NCBI RefSeq assembly: GCF_030028105.1
Contig: NC_092370.1
Location: forward strand, 130,859,522 to 130,923,521
Origin: Mobula birostris
Lineage: Eukaryota
Length of the DNA stretch: 64,000 bases
Direction: 5' to 3'
In this document: one piece after another, positions 40,682 through 52,459 of the stretch
Numbering within the stretch: position 1 is the stretch's first letter
Layout: each line of letters starts with the position of its first letter
Notes under the pieces: model-generated
Told to the model about the DNA's origin: nothing
What the model saw: the letters and a program-made list of their open reading frames with translations, nothing else
Database searches by the model: none
Made by a program: the position numbers and the translations under genes

Positions 40682-42111
40682 ATGTTGAAGTTACTGAACT
40701 ACTCGTATGACCTGCTGACCATCTCTGACCTCCAGGGAGCTAATCCTGAAAAGTTTAAATCCTCTGACGAAGAACCATTCAGGGAGAGTGGCTATAATGA
40801 AGGAGAAAGTGAAGTACACTCATTTAGATATTTCAATGGAGCCATACAAGAGCTTGGTTCCCATACTGTTGCTATATCTCCAGTAGTGGGAAAGGAAAGA
40901 CAGTCCTTTAGTGCAAGGGCCTTCTCTACTGAAAGAAGTTTCGATGGGAAAAGAACCAACACTCTTTCACCAATTTCATTGGAAACTCCTAGGAGAACTG
41001 GCAAGACAATCACGTTGCGGCGGAGACTTCTTGACTCCCACCTCTCCTCAAGTGAGAAAGTGCGGTTGCACAAAACTGTTCAATCCTCTGCAGCTGGTAC
41101 AGAAGAATGGCCTTGCACCAGAATATGTGATAAATTATCCTTTTCAGATAGCTCATTAAATTCTCCTGGAGACTTGAATTTTGAAGTTTTATCAACCAGT
41201 GCCCTAAGTGATGAAAGTGGTGCTTCATGTAGAACTAAAAGGTATTTGTTTGCACAACAGCGAACCTCCACAATAGATGATTTAAAGTGTAAAAATCGGT
41301 TAACATATGAAAATGCATCTTCTGATCCATGCACTTCATTCAGTAAACTTGACCTCAGCAGTTTCTCTTGCTCTGAAGATTGTGGTGAATGCACCCTGTC
41401 TGAACCCTTTGTAACACCATCTAGACAGGGAAAATTCAACACATCTGGAGCTGACCAGTTTGTTACTCCAGTAAATTTCAATTTAAACCTGTCTGCAGGA
41501 GGAATGTTACAAAGAACCCAGTCACAGGACAAATTGGATACCTCAACAGAAGACAGTGGGTATAATTCGGTTGGTTTGGAAAAATCATCTGATTCCTTCT
41601 CAAATGAGAATTCCTTTCCAGAATTGGTGAAAAATCAAAAAAAACCCAAGATGCAAGAATCTAAGAGGTCTGTTAGACAATTGGAAAGAACTAAGCGTCT
41701 GTCCACTCTCAGTGAGCGCAGCTCCCAATCTGAGACTGAAGATGAACGTAAAGGAATTCTTCCAAGGGGGTCAAATTACAAATTCAAATCTCCCGGTAAA
41801 GATGATGAGTTGGTCTTTGAAGAAAATAATTGGGAGGACTTTCTAAAACTTGGGAATTTGTCTCATACCCCTGCGTTGCAGTTAATACAGGAATTATGCA
41901 TGAGGAAAAAAAGGTCGGAAAATATCACCAGTAAGGATGAGAATGGGTTTGAGGAAAAGGCACTAAGTGAATCTGTGCCTTCACTAAGTGGACTAATTGG
42001 CCGAAAAATGGGTTTAGAAAAAGTGGATATTCTGAAAGAACTATTGAACAGGAACTTGACACACGTTCTCACTATAATTTTGTATTGCTTCACTATAGAA
42101 GATATCTGCAG
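40682..42111 (+). CDS. FBXO43: FBXO43 (Emi2/XErp1, APC/C inhibitor) first coding exon
   Basis: 476 codons plus 2 nt. Emi2 motifs: AQQRTSTIDD (CaMKII/Plk1 docking), DSGYNS degron, RLSTL...SQSETE (RSK/PP2A-B56 region), LIGRKMGLEKVDILKEL and the F-box start. Acceptor at 40644, in-frame TGA upstream of the ATG (40655), donor AG|gtaaga. Confidence 0.95.
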
Positions 42112-42761
42112 GTAAGACTGGAGGAATGCAAATAGGTTTTTCCAAGTCTTTAGTCTGTTTCCCCTTTGCTTCTCTGCACCTGCACCCCTTCGAAAGAAGT
42201 CCTTCAAAGCATTTAAATACTTTGACTAGGATGTAAACTTACTATCATAAAACCATAAGACATAGGAGCAGAATTGGGCCATTTGGCCCATTGAGTCTGT
42301 TCCACCATTTAATCATGGCTGATTTTTCTTTTCCTCAACCCCATTTTCCAGCCTTCTCCTCGTAAATTACAAATATTCAGATTCTTGAAGTGACGAAAGG
42401 AACGTATATGATCTTTCATACCTTAACTTTTAATCTCACTATCTATACTAGGTACCTATTTATAAGAACTTTTTGTGCTTGGGGCTGCTTCCTATCTTCC
42501 CAATTCCCCATCTACTACCCTCTCTGGCTTCCAACTTCCAACATTTAATTAACTGCATTTTTCATTAAACTGCTACAACATTTTGGAGACATGGAATAGA
42601 ACTTTTTTTTTAAAGGAAGATATAACTACTGACTAGAAAAGATTTTACAAGTTGCATACATCAGCGTGCACCTTAAGCCTTTGACAGCTTAAATGGAGGT
42701 GATTATCATAGCCTATTCTAAATATTGTTTTTCCTAAGTAGACAGAACTGATAAGAAAACT

Positions 42762-43274
42762 CACTCAGTGGCCACTTTAATAGGTACAGGAGTGGAAACC
42801 AGTGTGATCTTCTGCTGCTGTAGCCCATCCACTTAAAGGTTTGACATGTGCGTTCAGCAGTGCTCTTCTGCACACCACTGTTGTAATGCATTATTGAGTT
42901 GCTGTTTTCTTCATGTCATCTTGAACCAGTCTGACCATACCCCGACCTCTCTCATTAATAAGGCATTTTCACACATGGAACTGCTGTTCACTGGATTTTT
43001 CTTTTGTTTTTCACACCATTCTCTGTAAACTCTCAGGAAATCAGCCGTTTCTGAAATACTGAAACCACCCCATCTAGCACCAACAATCATTCTACAGTCA
43101 AAGTCACTTACAAAATTTTTCCCCCCTTATGATGTTTGGTTTGAATGGTAACGGGACTTCTTGACCATGTCTGCATGGTTTAATGCATCAAGTTGTTGCT
43201 GCATGATTGGCTGATTAGATTTTTGCAGTAACAAGCTGGTGTGAAACTGCACCTAGTAAAGTGGTAACTGAGTA
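42762..43274 (-). mobile_element. Non-autonomous Tc1 derivative (same family as 1527-2043)
   Basis: TIRs cactcagtggccactttaataggtaca / gcacctagtaaagtggtaactgagta; interior is the reverse complement of the 1527 copy. Confidence 0.8.
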
Positions 43275-43745
43275 TGTAGGTCGTCTCTGGGTTAATACAC
43301 TCGCATTATTTTAAATTGCAAAGCTGAACTTGGATACATTCATCTCTGGCAGGGAAAGAGAAAACCAGCTCTGCCATTTCCAAAGGGTCTCGGCCCGGAA
43401 CATCGAATGTAATCTTTTCCACAGATGTTGCCTGGCCTGCTGAGTTCCTCCAGCATTTTGTGTGTTGCTTCCTCTCCCTCCTGTTTTAGTCATTGTTCAG
43501 TCTTGTGTGCTTTATACCTTTTCATACCAATACTGTGAAAGTATGGTTACTATTTTGTGTACTTTCTGAGTTGCATATAAAATCATTTTGTTGAGTGTCT
43601 ATAAAGTTGGAACCAGGGACAGTCTTTTAACAACAATAATGCACACTTTTTAAAAATGCTTAAAAACAAATGAATGTTAGACACTTGTTTAAATCGGATC
43701 CAGCAAGCTGGCTGTTGTTCATCTTGTTCTGGACTAAAACAATGT

Positions 43746-43779
43746 GTCCTGATGAAGGGTCTCTGCCTGAAATGTTGAC
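43746..43779 (+). ncRNA. Minimal type I hammerhead ribozyme motif (Penelope-like tail), catalytic core intact
   Basis: gtc-CTGATGA-a-gggt-ctct-gcct-GAAA-tgtt-gac: helix I gtc/gac, helix II gggt/gcct, predicted cleavage after GUU. Activity untested. Confidence 0.6.
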
Positions 43780-44312
43780 TGTTTTTTCATCTCCATAGAG
43801 GTGGCTTGACCTGGTGTGTGTCTGGCAGAATCTATTGTATTTGTTTTGATATCTTTTTGTTAATCTTGAGCACTCTTGCAATACTCCATTCTTCAGTGCT
43901 TCAGGCCTCACTGATCTCTCACACACCAGGTTGATGTAATAAACTAAATGTAGGCTAAATATTTTATTTCATCAAGCCCTCAAACAAAAGTGAGGACTGT
44001 AATTGCTGTCCATGTTCAGATGAACAAGTGTACTTCATATTTCATCGATGGTCAGAGCGACTCCTGCCAACTCAATAAGTCATAAAAAACCTGCTCTGCC
44101 CATCAGCAGTTATTGTTGACTGACGTGGTTCAATAAGCATTACATCAGGTCCAAAATCATCAATACTTTGCAGGACTTGTGTACAGAAACTTGTTTTGTC
44201 ACTAACTGTAGACCCTTAACTTTAAATATCATCTGGCAGTGCTGCAGGTTACCCACTAAATGCACAAGTTTTTGTCTTTATTTTGCAAATTAAATTCTTG
44301 CCTTCAAATAAG

Positions 44313-44415
44313 AGTATGGAAAGTGAGCAAAGTCTGGAAGAAAATCATCAAGCAAGACCAAACACTGTGTCTCAAAAGAAAGCAGTATCTGAATGAAGTT
44401 CAAAATCACAGAATG
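44313..44415 (+). CDS. FBXO43: FBXO43 coding exon 2 (F-box end: VWKVSKVWKKIIKQD...)
   Basis: aag|A GTA TGG...ATG|gtatgt; 103 nt; phase fits both neighbours. Confidence 0.93.
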
Positions 44416-44634
44416 GTATGTTTCTTTATATAATCTTTTGATAAATCATCTATTTTAGTTTAGAAAATCAATGAGCTATTTGCTGTAAGTTTGTCACTTT
44501 TGTCCTTGATGTGAAGCAGTGAGTGGTGAACTTGTATTCTTCCCAGTAGGAAGAGTATTTCCATAGAAATATCAGGAATCCAAAATGAAAACTGAAATAT
44601 GCTCAGCTAGTCAGGCAACATGTAGAAAGAGAGC

Positions 44635-44730
44635 AACACACATCAAAGTTGCTAGTGAACGCAGCAGGCCAGGCAGCATCTGTAGGAAGAGGTGCAGTCG
44701 ATGTTTCAGGCCGAGACCCTTTGTCAGGAT
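44635..44730 (-). mobile_element. Penelope-like tail with a mutated hammerhead motif
   Basis: Minus strand atc-CTGACAA-a-gggtctcggcct-GAAA-catc-gactg, then gatgctgcctggcctgctgc. Confidence 0.7.
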
Positions 44731-45359
44731 GTAGAAAGAGATTTTGGCTGGAAGCAGTCTTTGGCATGAAACGTTAACAGAGTCTCTTTCCACAGTTGTT
44801 GGCTGCATGTTCCTGTCACATTCTTGATATATGGTTCATTCAGGGTGGAAGGGAAGTGTAACAGCAACAATTATGACAAATGAAATTAGGCTGCCACTAT
44901 TCAAGAATCCGATTAACCATCTGCAGAAATCTGATATATCAAGTTGTAAAATTGGCTATTTTTTTCCACAGGAAGTTGAAGTGCATCTGAACATATAATT
45001 TCAATCAATTGGATTAAATAGAGATAGATAGTTGAAATTCACAGGTCTCTGAACAGTGCTGTGGGGCAATCCTTGGAACTGATTCGATGCAAGGGGCATA
45101 TAAGCTGTGTTCAAAATATAATGCAACAATCTGATAAGCAAGCTTTGAGCCAATAATGTTTCAAGGTGATGTGAATTTTTGAATGTGTTTTGCACAAGAG
45201 GTTTTTCTAATGGACTTTTGATCATGGGTATCATGGGCAAAGGGAACAGCAGAGGTTTATTGCAATGACCAGCTAAATGCTTGTTCCGGACATAGCTAGT
45301 CTTGGACTGAATAGCTGAAGATTTTGAATTTGTAAATGGATACCAAGTGCTTCAGTCAC

Positions 45360-45850
45360 TTAGATAGATAGGTAGACATTCTTTATTGATCCCGAGGGAA
45401 ATTGGGTCTGATTACAGTTGCACCAACCAAGAATAGAGTGTATGTATATGTGTCTGTGTATATATATATATATATATATCAATATAAAACCATTAAATAA
45501 TAATATGTAAATTATGCCAGATGAAAATAAGTCCAGGATCAGCCTATTGGCTCAAGGTGTCTGACCCTCCAAGGGAGGAGTTGTAAGGTTTGGCCACGAC
45601 TTCCTATGACACTCAGAGTTGCATCTCAGTGGAATGAGTCTCTGGCTGAATGTATTCCTGTGCCCAACCAGTACATTATGTAGTGGATGGGAGACATTGT
45701 CCAAGATGGCATGCAACTTGGACAGCATCCTCTTTTGAACACCACTGTCAGAGAGTCCAGTTCCATCCCCACATCACTGGCCTTATGAATGAGTTTGTTG
45801 ATTCTGTTGGTGTCTGTTACCCTCAGCCTGCTGCCCCAGTACATTTGGCA
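45360..45850 (-). mobile_element. Rex/Babar-like LINE 3' end with (TA)n tract
   Basis: Peptide WGSRLRVTDTNRINKLIHKAS, and a tail aataaagaatgtctacctatctatct on the minus strand. Confidence 0.6.
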
Positions 45851-46071
45851 AGCTTGTCTGTATTCAATGTGGGAAAATATTAAGAAATGAGTTCTTTCCA
45901 TTACTGCATCAGTTTGTTTAATTTGTGATGATTCTACAGGAGAAAGTTATCTAAGTGTTTTGAAATGTTTGATTTTTAGATTTGTTAACTGATAAGTTGC
46001 TTGTTCAAATTTTTAATATCTCCAATTGGGGTATATAAGATCTGAAAATAATATCTTATTTTTTTCAACAG

Positions 46072-46257
46072 CATAACCAATTTTGGGCCACAGATGTTGA
46101 AAGCAGATGTAATCTCCTAGATCGTCCTGCTTTGAAATCTGTTCAGGCACAGGCAAGGGTTGTCTTCACACCAACTCGCTCTACTCGACAGGAGCTAACC
46201 ACTACTGGATACAGTAGTGCTTCCAAGTCAATTAGTAAACGAGAAGAATTCTTACAG
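46072..46257 (+). CDS. FBXO43: FBXO43 coding exon 3 (D-box RPALKSVQ)
   Basis: tttttcaacag|CAT...TTA CAG|gtaagt; 186 nt open frame with RPALKSVQAQA and SKREEFLQ. Confidence 0.93.
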
Positions 46258-46462
46258 GTAAGTGTAAGAATATCTATTGGAGTTTCCCATAGACAACATT
46301 GAAATTTGCTGAGTTAGCTGGTTTGATAGAAACTGTGTATTTTCATTTAGATTTGTCTCTTTGAGAGACAATTTTGGTAGTGTTCGTATAGCTGGTATGG
46401 AATTACCAAAACATGCCATCAGTTCGCACATCAGTATTTCCTGCTGGCCTACAAATATAAGT

Positions 46463-47666
46463 ACACAAACAAAAAGTCTGCAGATGCTGGCAGTCCAAGC
46501 AAAACACCCACACACACCACCCACACACAATGCTGGAGGAACTCGCCAGGCTAGACAGCATCTATGGATAACAGTATAGTCGATGTTTTGGGCCGAAACC
46601 CTTCGGCAGGATTGGAGGAAAAAATGCTGAAGGAGTAGATTTGAAAGGTGGGCGCGAGGGGAGAGAGAAACACCAGACAATAGGTGAAACTTAAAGAGGG
46701 AAGGATGAAACAGAGCTTGGAAATTCATTGGTGAAAGAGACAGAAGGCCATGGAAAAAGTGGGGAGAGTGTACTAGAGGGAGGCAATGGGTGGGCAAGGA
46801 GATAATATGAGAGGGGGACAAGGGGAGGGGAAATGGTGATTTTGGGGTGGGGGGGCGGAGGCATTACTGGAAATTTGATAAATCTATGTTCATGCCACCA
46901 GTTTGGAGGCTATCCAAACAGAATACAAGGTGTTGTTCCTCCACCCTAAGTGTGGCCTTATCCCGGCATGGAGGAGACCATGGATGGGAAGTGGAAATAA
47001 AATGGGTGGCCACTGGGAAATCCTGCTTGTTCTGGTGGATGGAGCGTAGATGCTTGGTGAAGCAGTCTCCCAATCTTCTGGCAGACAGTGTGTAGATTGG
47101 GAGACCGCTTCATCGAGCATCTACACTCTATCTGCCAGAACAAGCAGGATCTCCCCGTGGCCACCCATTTTAATTCCACTTCCCATTCCCATTCCAATAT
47201 GACCATCCATGGCCGCCTCCACTGCCAGGATAAGGCCACACTTGGGTTGGGGGAGCAACACCTTATATTCCGTCTGGGTAGCCTCCAACCTGATGGCATG
47301 AACATTGACTTCTCAAACTTCCCGTAATGCCTCCACCCACCCCACCCCCACCATCACCATTTCCCATCCCCTTGTCCCTCCCTCCATGTTGTCTCTTTGC
47401 CCACCCCACCCATTGCCTCCCTCTGGTGCTCCCCACCCCCTTCTTCCATGGCCTTCTGTCTCTTTCACTAATCATCTTCCTAGTTCTTTGCTTCATCCCT
47501 CCCCCTCCAAGTTTCACCTATCACCTGGCATTTCTCTCTCCCCACCCCCCCAACCTTTCAAATCTACTCCTCGACTTTTTTTTCTCTAGTCTTGCCAAAG
47601 GGCTTCGGCTCAACATGGACTGTACTTTTTTCCATTGATGCTGCCTGGCCTGCTGAGTTCCTCCAG
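46463..47666. mobile_element. Inverted (fold-back) pair of Penelope-like element 3' fragments
   Basis: Minus copy 46463-47076 and plus copy 47094-47666 both encode the GIY-YIG C-terminus (LGDRFIEHL...PVATHFNS...EQHLIFRLGSLQPDGMNIDF), followed by a pyrimidine-rich UTR and a hammerhead-derived tail. Confidence 0.9.
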
Positions 47667-48223
47667 TAAGTGCTATAGTTATAGAGTGCAGTGCAGAGAG
47701 ACAAAAGGTGTAAGGTAAGTTATGAAGTCGAGTGAATCTTGTCATGCTAGGGAACTGTTCAGTAGTTTTATAACAACAGTACAAAAACTATCATTGACCC
47801 TTGGGTTGTGTGCTTTCAGGATTTTTTTTTGATGTTCTGCCCCATATCTTCTCCCGCATGACTATGTCCACAGTGGTTTGGGTCTGTTACAGTGTTAGTT
47901 GCTTTACCGAAGCAGTGAGAAATGTGGACAGAGTTCATGGAGTGCAGACTGGCTTCAGTGATGTGCTGAACTGTGTCCACAACACTCTGCATCTGCTCTT
48001 CGTCATGGAGGGAGCAGTTGCCATACTAGGCTGTAGTATACCACAATAGGATGTTTTCTATGGTGCATGAATTAAAGAGTAAAAGGCTGTGTGCCGAAAA
48101 GTAGTGTTTACTGTGTAAATTGAATATAAACTGAGTCTAATCCTTTCCAAATAAGGTTCTTGATCAATTCCTAGAACTTGGTGTTCAGTTAAATTTGCAA
48201 TCACTTGTTTGTTCCTAATTGCA

Positions 48224-48428
48224 ATGCAAATACTGAAGGAACTCAGCAGGTCAGGCAGCATTGGTGAAGAGGAATAAACAGTTAATATTTTGGGCTGAGA
48301 ACCTTCAAGACTTGGCCTAAAACTTTGACTATTTATTCCCCTCAATAGATGCTGCCTAACCTGCTGAGTTCCTCCAGTATTTTAGGTGTTAATCTGCATT
48401 TCCAGCATCTACAGAATCTTTTGTGTTT
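48224..48428. mobile_element. Short inverted pair of Penelope-like tails
   Basis: aaatactgaaggaactcagcaggtcaggcagcat... is mirrored by ...atgctgcctaacctgctgagttcctccagtattt; the junction falls within the hammerhead helix II region. Confidence 0.8.
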
Positions 48429-48640
48429 ACATTCCTAATTGCTTAATTTGTTGGCCTTTAGCTAGAAATTAGTTTTGTCCTTGGCTCTGGCTTTGACTAT
48501 TTTGCAATGCTTATTCATGGATAGAATTATGTTTTTTTTTCTCCCCTCTTTTTCTCCCCCCCCCCCCAACAAAATGTATTTTATTTGGTGACATTAAAGG
48601 GTGAAAATTTGGAACCTAAACTATGAATTGTTGCTACCAG

Positions 48641-48889
48641 GTTGCCAAGACATTGTTTAATGATGAGGCTTTAAAACCATGCCCACGGTGCCAGTCACCT
48701 GCCAGGTACAATCCAATGAAGAAAAGAGGCCTCTGCAGTCGAGAAGATTGCGCCTTTGACTTCTGTACACAATGCTTCTGTGTTTTCCATGGATCCAGGG
48801 AATGCAGCAGTAAGTCTGTCAAACACTTTGGCAGCAAAGGTGGAACACCAGGAAGTGCTCAAAGCAAGAGGAACTTGCGAAGATTATAA
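48641..48889 (+). CDS. FBXO43: FBXO43 last coding exon (zinc-binding region and RL tail)
   Basis: [21 protein letters not shown]...[24 protein letters not shown]...[13 protein letters not shown]. Total CDS is 1430+103+186+249=1968 nt (655 aa). Confidence 0.97.
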   Translation, partial: VAKTLFNDEALKPCPRCQSPARYNPMKKRGLCSREDCAFDFCTQCFCVFHGSRECSSKSVKHFGSKGGTPGSAQSKRNLRRL

Positions 48890-49550
48890 ACTTTAAAGAA
48901 AATGTAAACTTGTATATGTAAATAGAACCATGCAGACTCCCTAATCCCTTCTAACACTGTATACTTGGTTTCCTTAGTTGTGTGCATATGTATAAACATT
49001 TTGAAGACTTTTTAAACTACTTTCAATTTGTACAAATCATTTTTCAGTTAGTGGGGGAGAACGTGTATCGAAGATTAGTTTTCGGATTTTATTTGCTCTA
49101 ATTTGCACATCTGATTTCAGCAAACAATTTTTGGGGGGGGGGCAGGGGGTTGGATCTTCAGAATAATCAGTAATGCTGTCATGTCAGCAAGCCTGCTTCA
49201 AAATCATTGCAGTTTTTCATGTTTCTCAAGGGCACAGTTAAAACAAACTGCATAGCAGTAATCAGAAATGGATGAATTAGAAACTCGATGTACAAAATTT
49301 GCAAACCATACCTATACTCTTATTCTAAGCCCCCTTAATGTTTTCAAAGGCATTGGCTCCATGAATTTCTCCACTGTACTTTAAGTTCATCTTTCCTTAA
49401 TTTCTGAAACATTGTGCAAAATCAAGGTAGCAGGAATGTGTCAAGGTTATTTAAGACATTTTGTATATAGTTTTATACATGTTAAGCCAGTGGACATTTT
49501 TAAGTGAATTTTAATGTTACACGCTTAATAAAAATTTTTCATGAAATGGA
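48890..49550 (+). promoter_or_regulatory. FBXO43: FBXO43 3' UTR with CPEs, Pumilio elements and poly(A) hexamer
   Basis: PBE TGTAAATA 48917-48924, PBE TGTATATA 49462-49469, CPE TTTTAT 49471-49476, CPE TTTTAAT 49509-49515, AATAAA 49527-49532. Confidence 0.75.
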
Positions 49551-52009
49551 GTGAATGCATTTTCTTAATTGTTAATTGTTTGGCTTTAAAAGAAATTTCT
49601 GCCAACTTTCAAATGTATGCACAGGCATTTTGCATCATCACATATGCGACTTTAATTCTTTGGCAAAACTAAATTTTCTTAAATATGACTCATAAATTTG
49701 AAGTTGAAGTGTGGCCTAACCAACAACATGTTCAACTGTAACATGATGCCCCAGCTCATTCTCAATACTTCTGCTTGTGAAGGTAAGCAATCTAAATCCT
49801 ATCATCTATCTCCATAGTATTCTTAAGCCGGCTAATCTGTATCCTTGGGCAGCCATCCTCACTACATGCTACTCCTCCAAGTTTGCTGACACTTCCATTC
49901 TCAAAAGTCGTATCTGTCTGCAGCTTGGGGCCTCGGCCTCAATACCTCCTTTGTGCAATTGGATCCTTGATTTCTGCATTTGCTGACCCCAGTCAGTAAC
50001 ACATTTAGCCATATAGCCAGCAGCTATATTGTATTAGGAGTTTAGGGAGATTTGGTATTTCTCCAAAGACTCTACCAAATTTCTACAGTTGTACTATGGA
50101 GAACATTCTTACTGTTGCATCACTCTCTAGTATGGAGGAGCCATACACAGGATCAGAAAAAGCTGCAGAGGATTGTAAACTCAGCCAGCTGCAATCATGG
50201 GCATAGAGGTGATCTTCAAAAGACAATGCCTCAAAAAGGTGGCATCTATCATTAAGGCCCCCACCACCCAGAATATGCCCTCTTCTCATTAATACCATCA
50301 AGGAGGAGGTACAGGAGCCTGAAGGCACACTCAACATTTTAGGAAAAGCTTTTCTTCTGCCATCAGATTTCATAAATACTACCTCAATATTTTTGCTCTT
50401 ATTGCTCTACTTGTATACTGTAGTATAGTTATTGTAATGTTTTGTCTATTGTGCTGTACTGCTGCTTCAAAAGAAATTGCATGATATGTGTCAGTGATAA
50501 TAAACCTCACTCCAATTCTGATTAAGCTTTTTTCCCCCTAAAGAAAACTGTCTTCTTTGACCTTAGTTAAGATATCACTATAACATGGTAAAAGCCCTTT
50601 GAAACTCCAGTATGTCCAATGAAGTACCCTATTAACATTTTATTATTTTTCCTGTGATTTCATCCAGGTTTCTTTTTTGAAATCTTTGATTACTGTCTTA
50701 AATTTCTGGACTGAGATTGCATGGTGTATTTTGGCATTTGTTTAGAGAACTATTATGCGCTTGTCAAATGGTTTAAAAATAATAAGTACTTTATTGATCC
50801 TGAGTGGGGAAATTATTTTGTTACAGCAGCAACATTTAAAAACATAATATAATGTATAGCATAATAGCAATGTGCAATACTGTACAATAATGTATGAAAT
50901 AATGGAACAAACTATTGTACTATGATGAATGTTCTCCTATCGCACAGAAATGAACTGTTGTATATTAGGGAGAAAGCTTTGAAAATTCAGCCTGGGGCTG
51001 AGGCTGCACACTAAGCCAAATACATTTAGGATACACACATGCAATAAACTTGAAATGTCACCACAGTACCAATACAATATGGGATGCAATTTTCTTTAGT
51101 CCTGTGGCTTTTCCCCATTGCTGTCTTTTTTTCTGGCATCATTTGTTCTCTGAGCTTGATTCAGATTTATTTATCACGTGTCCATCAAAACATCAATGAT
51201 ATGCATTATGTGCATTAACAACCAGCCAGTGTGAAACTAAAACTAATTTATTTACAGCATATTTCTCAATCTTTTCATAATTAATGTCTAGAAGAATAAG
51301 GGGTGATGTCAACACATTTGGATGCAGTGGCCACTCCAGGTCCAATCAAAGGTGTAATTGATCAGCTTCATGTCTTTTTTATGATCACACGATGCTGCTG
51401 GACATTAAGAACATCAAGTACTGCAGGACTATCCCATCAGCAATTTGCTCAATAGCAATGGAGCTGGACCTATTGTATACCATTATTGTGTTGTTGCCTG
51501 GACTTGTTGCATACTGTTGCTGTGCCAATACAGTGTGATGTTTTTATTGTGCTCACAACACACTGAATATTAGTAATGTGTACTGCAAGACAGGTTCATT
51601 GTGTTGCCTCAGTTGTGCAGGTTGCATCTTTCTGCTGCCCTGGGAGGAGATGCCACAACAGGTGTGTGAGACAGAGGCCTCAGTGGGTATGCTGGAATCT
51701 GTATTGAGTTGCAAACTGGCAGTGCCGTGCGCCCCCACCCCGAATCGGTGCTCCCTCTGGTGTCCGCTTGCTGGAAAAACAAGCTGGACCCAAACAACTT
51801 GCCATCAATCTTGTATAGGCCATGCCACTCAGGGACTTCGGCAATATTTGTTTTTCTTTGTGACTATGTTTTTCTGCTAGTGTAACCATTTGTGCTATGT
51901 CCAGTGTGCTGTTGGTAATGTATTTTGCAGCTTGGCCCCAGAGGAACACTGTTACATCTGGCTGTATTCATGTATGGTGGAATGATAATTAAACTTGAAC
52001 TTGGTTGAA

Positions 52010-52330
52010 CCTATCGACTATTGAAAGGCCTAGCTAAGGTGGACATGGAGAGGATTTTGTTTCCTATAGTGGGACAGTCTAGAACCAAGGACACACTTAA
52101 GAATATAAGGAAGTCCTTTTAGAACAGAGATGAGGAATAATTTTAGCCAGAGGGTGGTGCATCTATGAATTCATTGCTGCAGATGGCTGTGGAGGCCAAG
52201 TCATTGGGTACATTTAAAGCAGAGGTTAATAGGTTCTTGTTCATAAAAATGTAAAGGGAAAAAGGCATGGGATTGAAAGGAATAATAAATCAGCCATGAT
52301 GGGATTGTAAAATTCTGCTCCTGTGTCTTA
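52010..52330 (+). mobile_element. CR1 LINE 3' fragment
   Basis: Similar to 18200-18530 (agccagagggtggtg...gaggccaagtcattgggta...). Confidence 0.7.
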
Positions 52331-52459
52331 TGGGCACTGAGGTGGGGGAAGGGATTCAGGGTCCTGGATCACTGGGATCTCTTTTGGGGTAGAGCTGACC
52401 TATGTCCTATGAGTGATGGGTTGCATTTGTATCCTAGCAGAGAAATTTGTTATTTTCAT

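Noticed and set aside
40792-42207. Several 70-150 aa ORFs overlapping or antisense to the large FBXO43 exon
   Set aside because: Shadow frames of a real coding exon; no recognisable domains or independent splice or promoter signals.
46252-46821. 189-aa minus-strand ORF
   Set aside because: Low-complexity translation of the Penelope 3' UTR and tail; no protein features.
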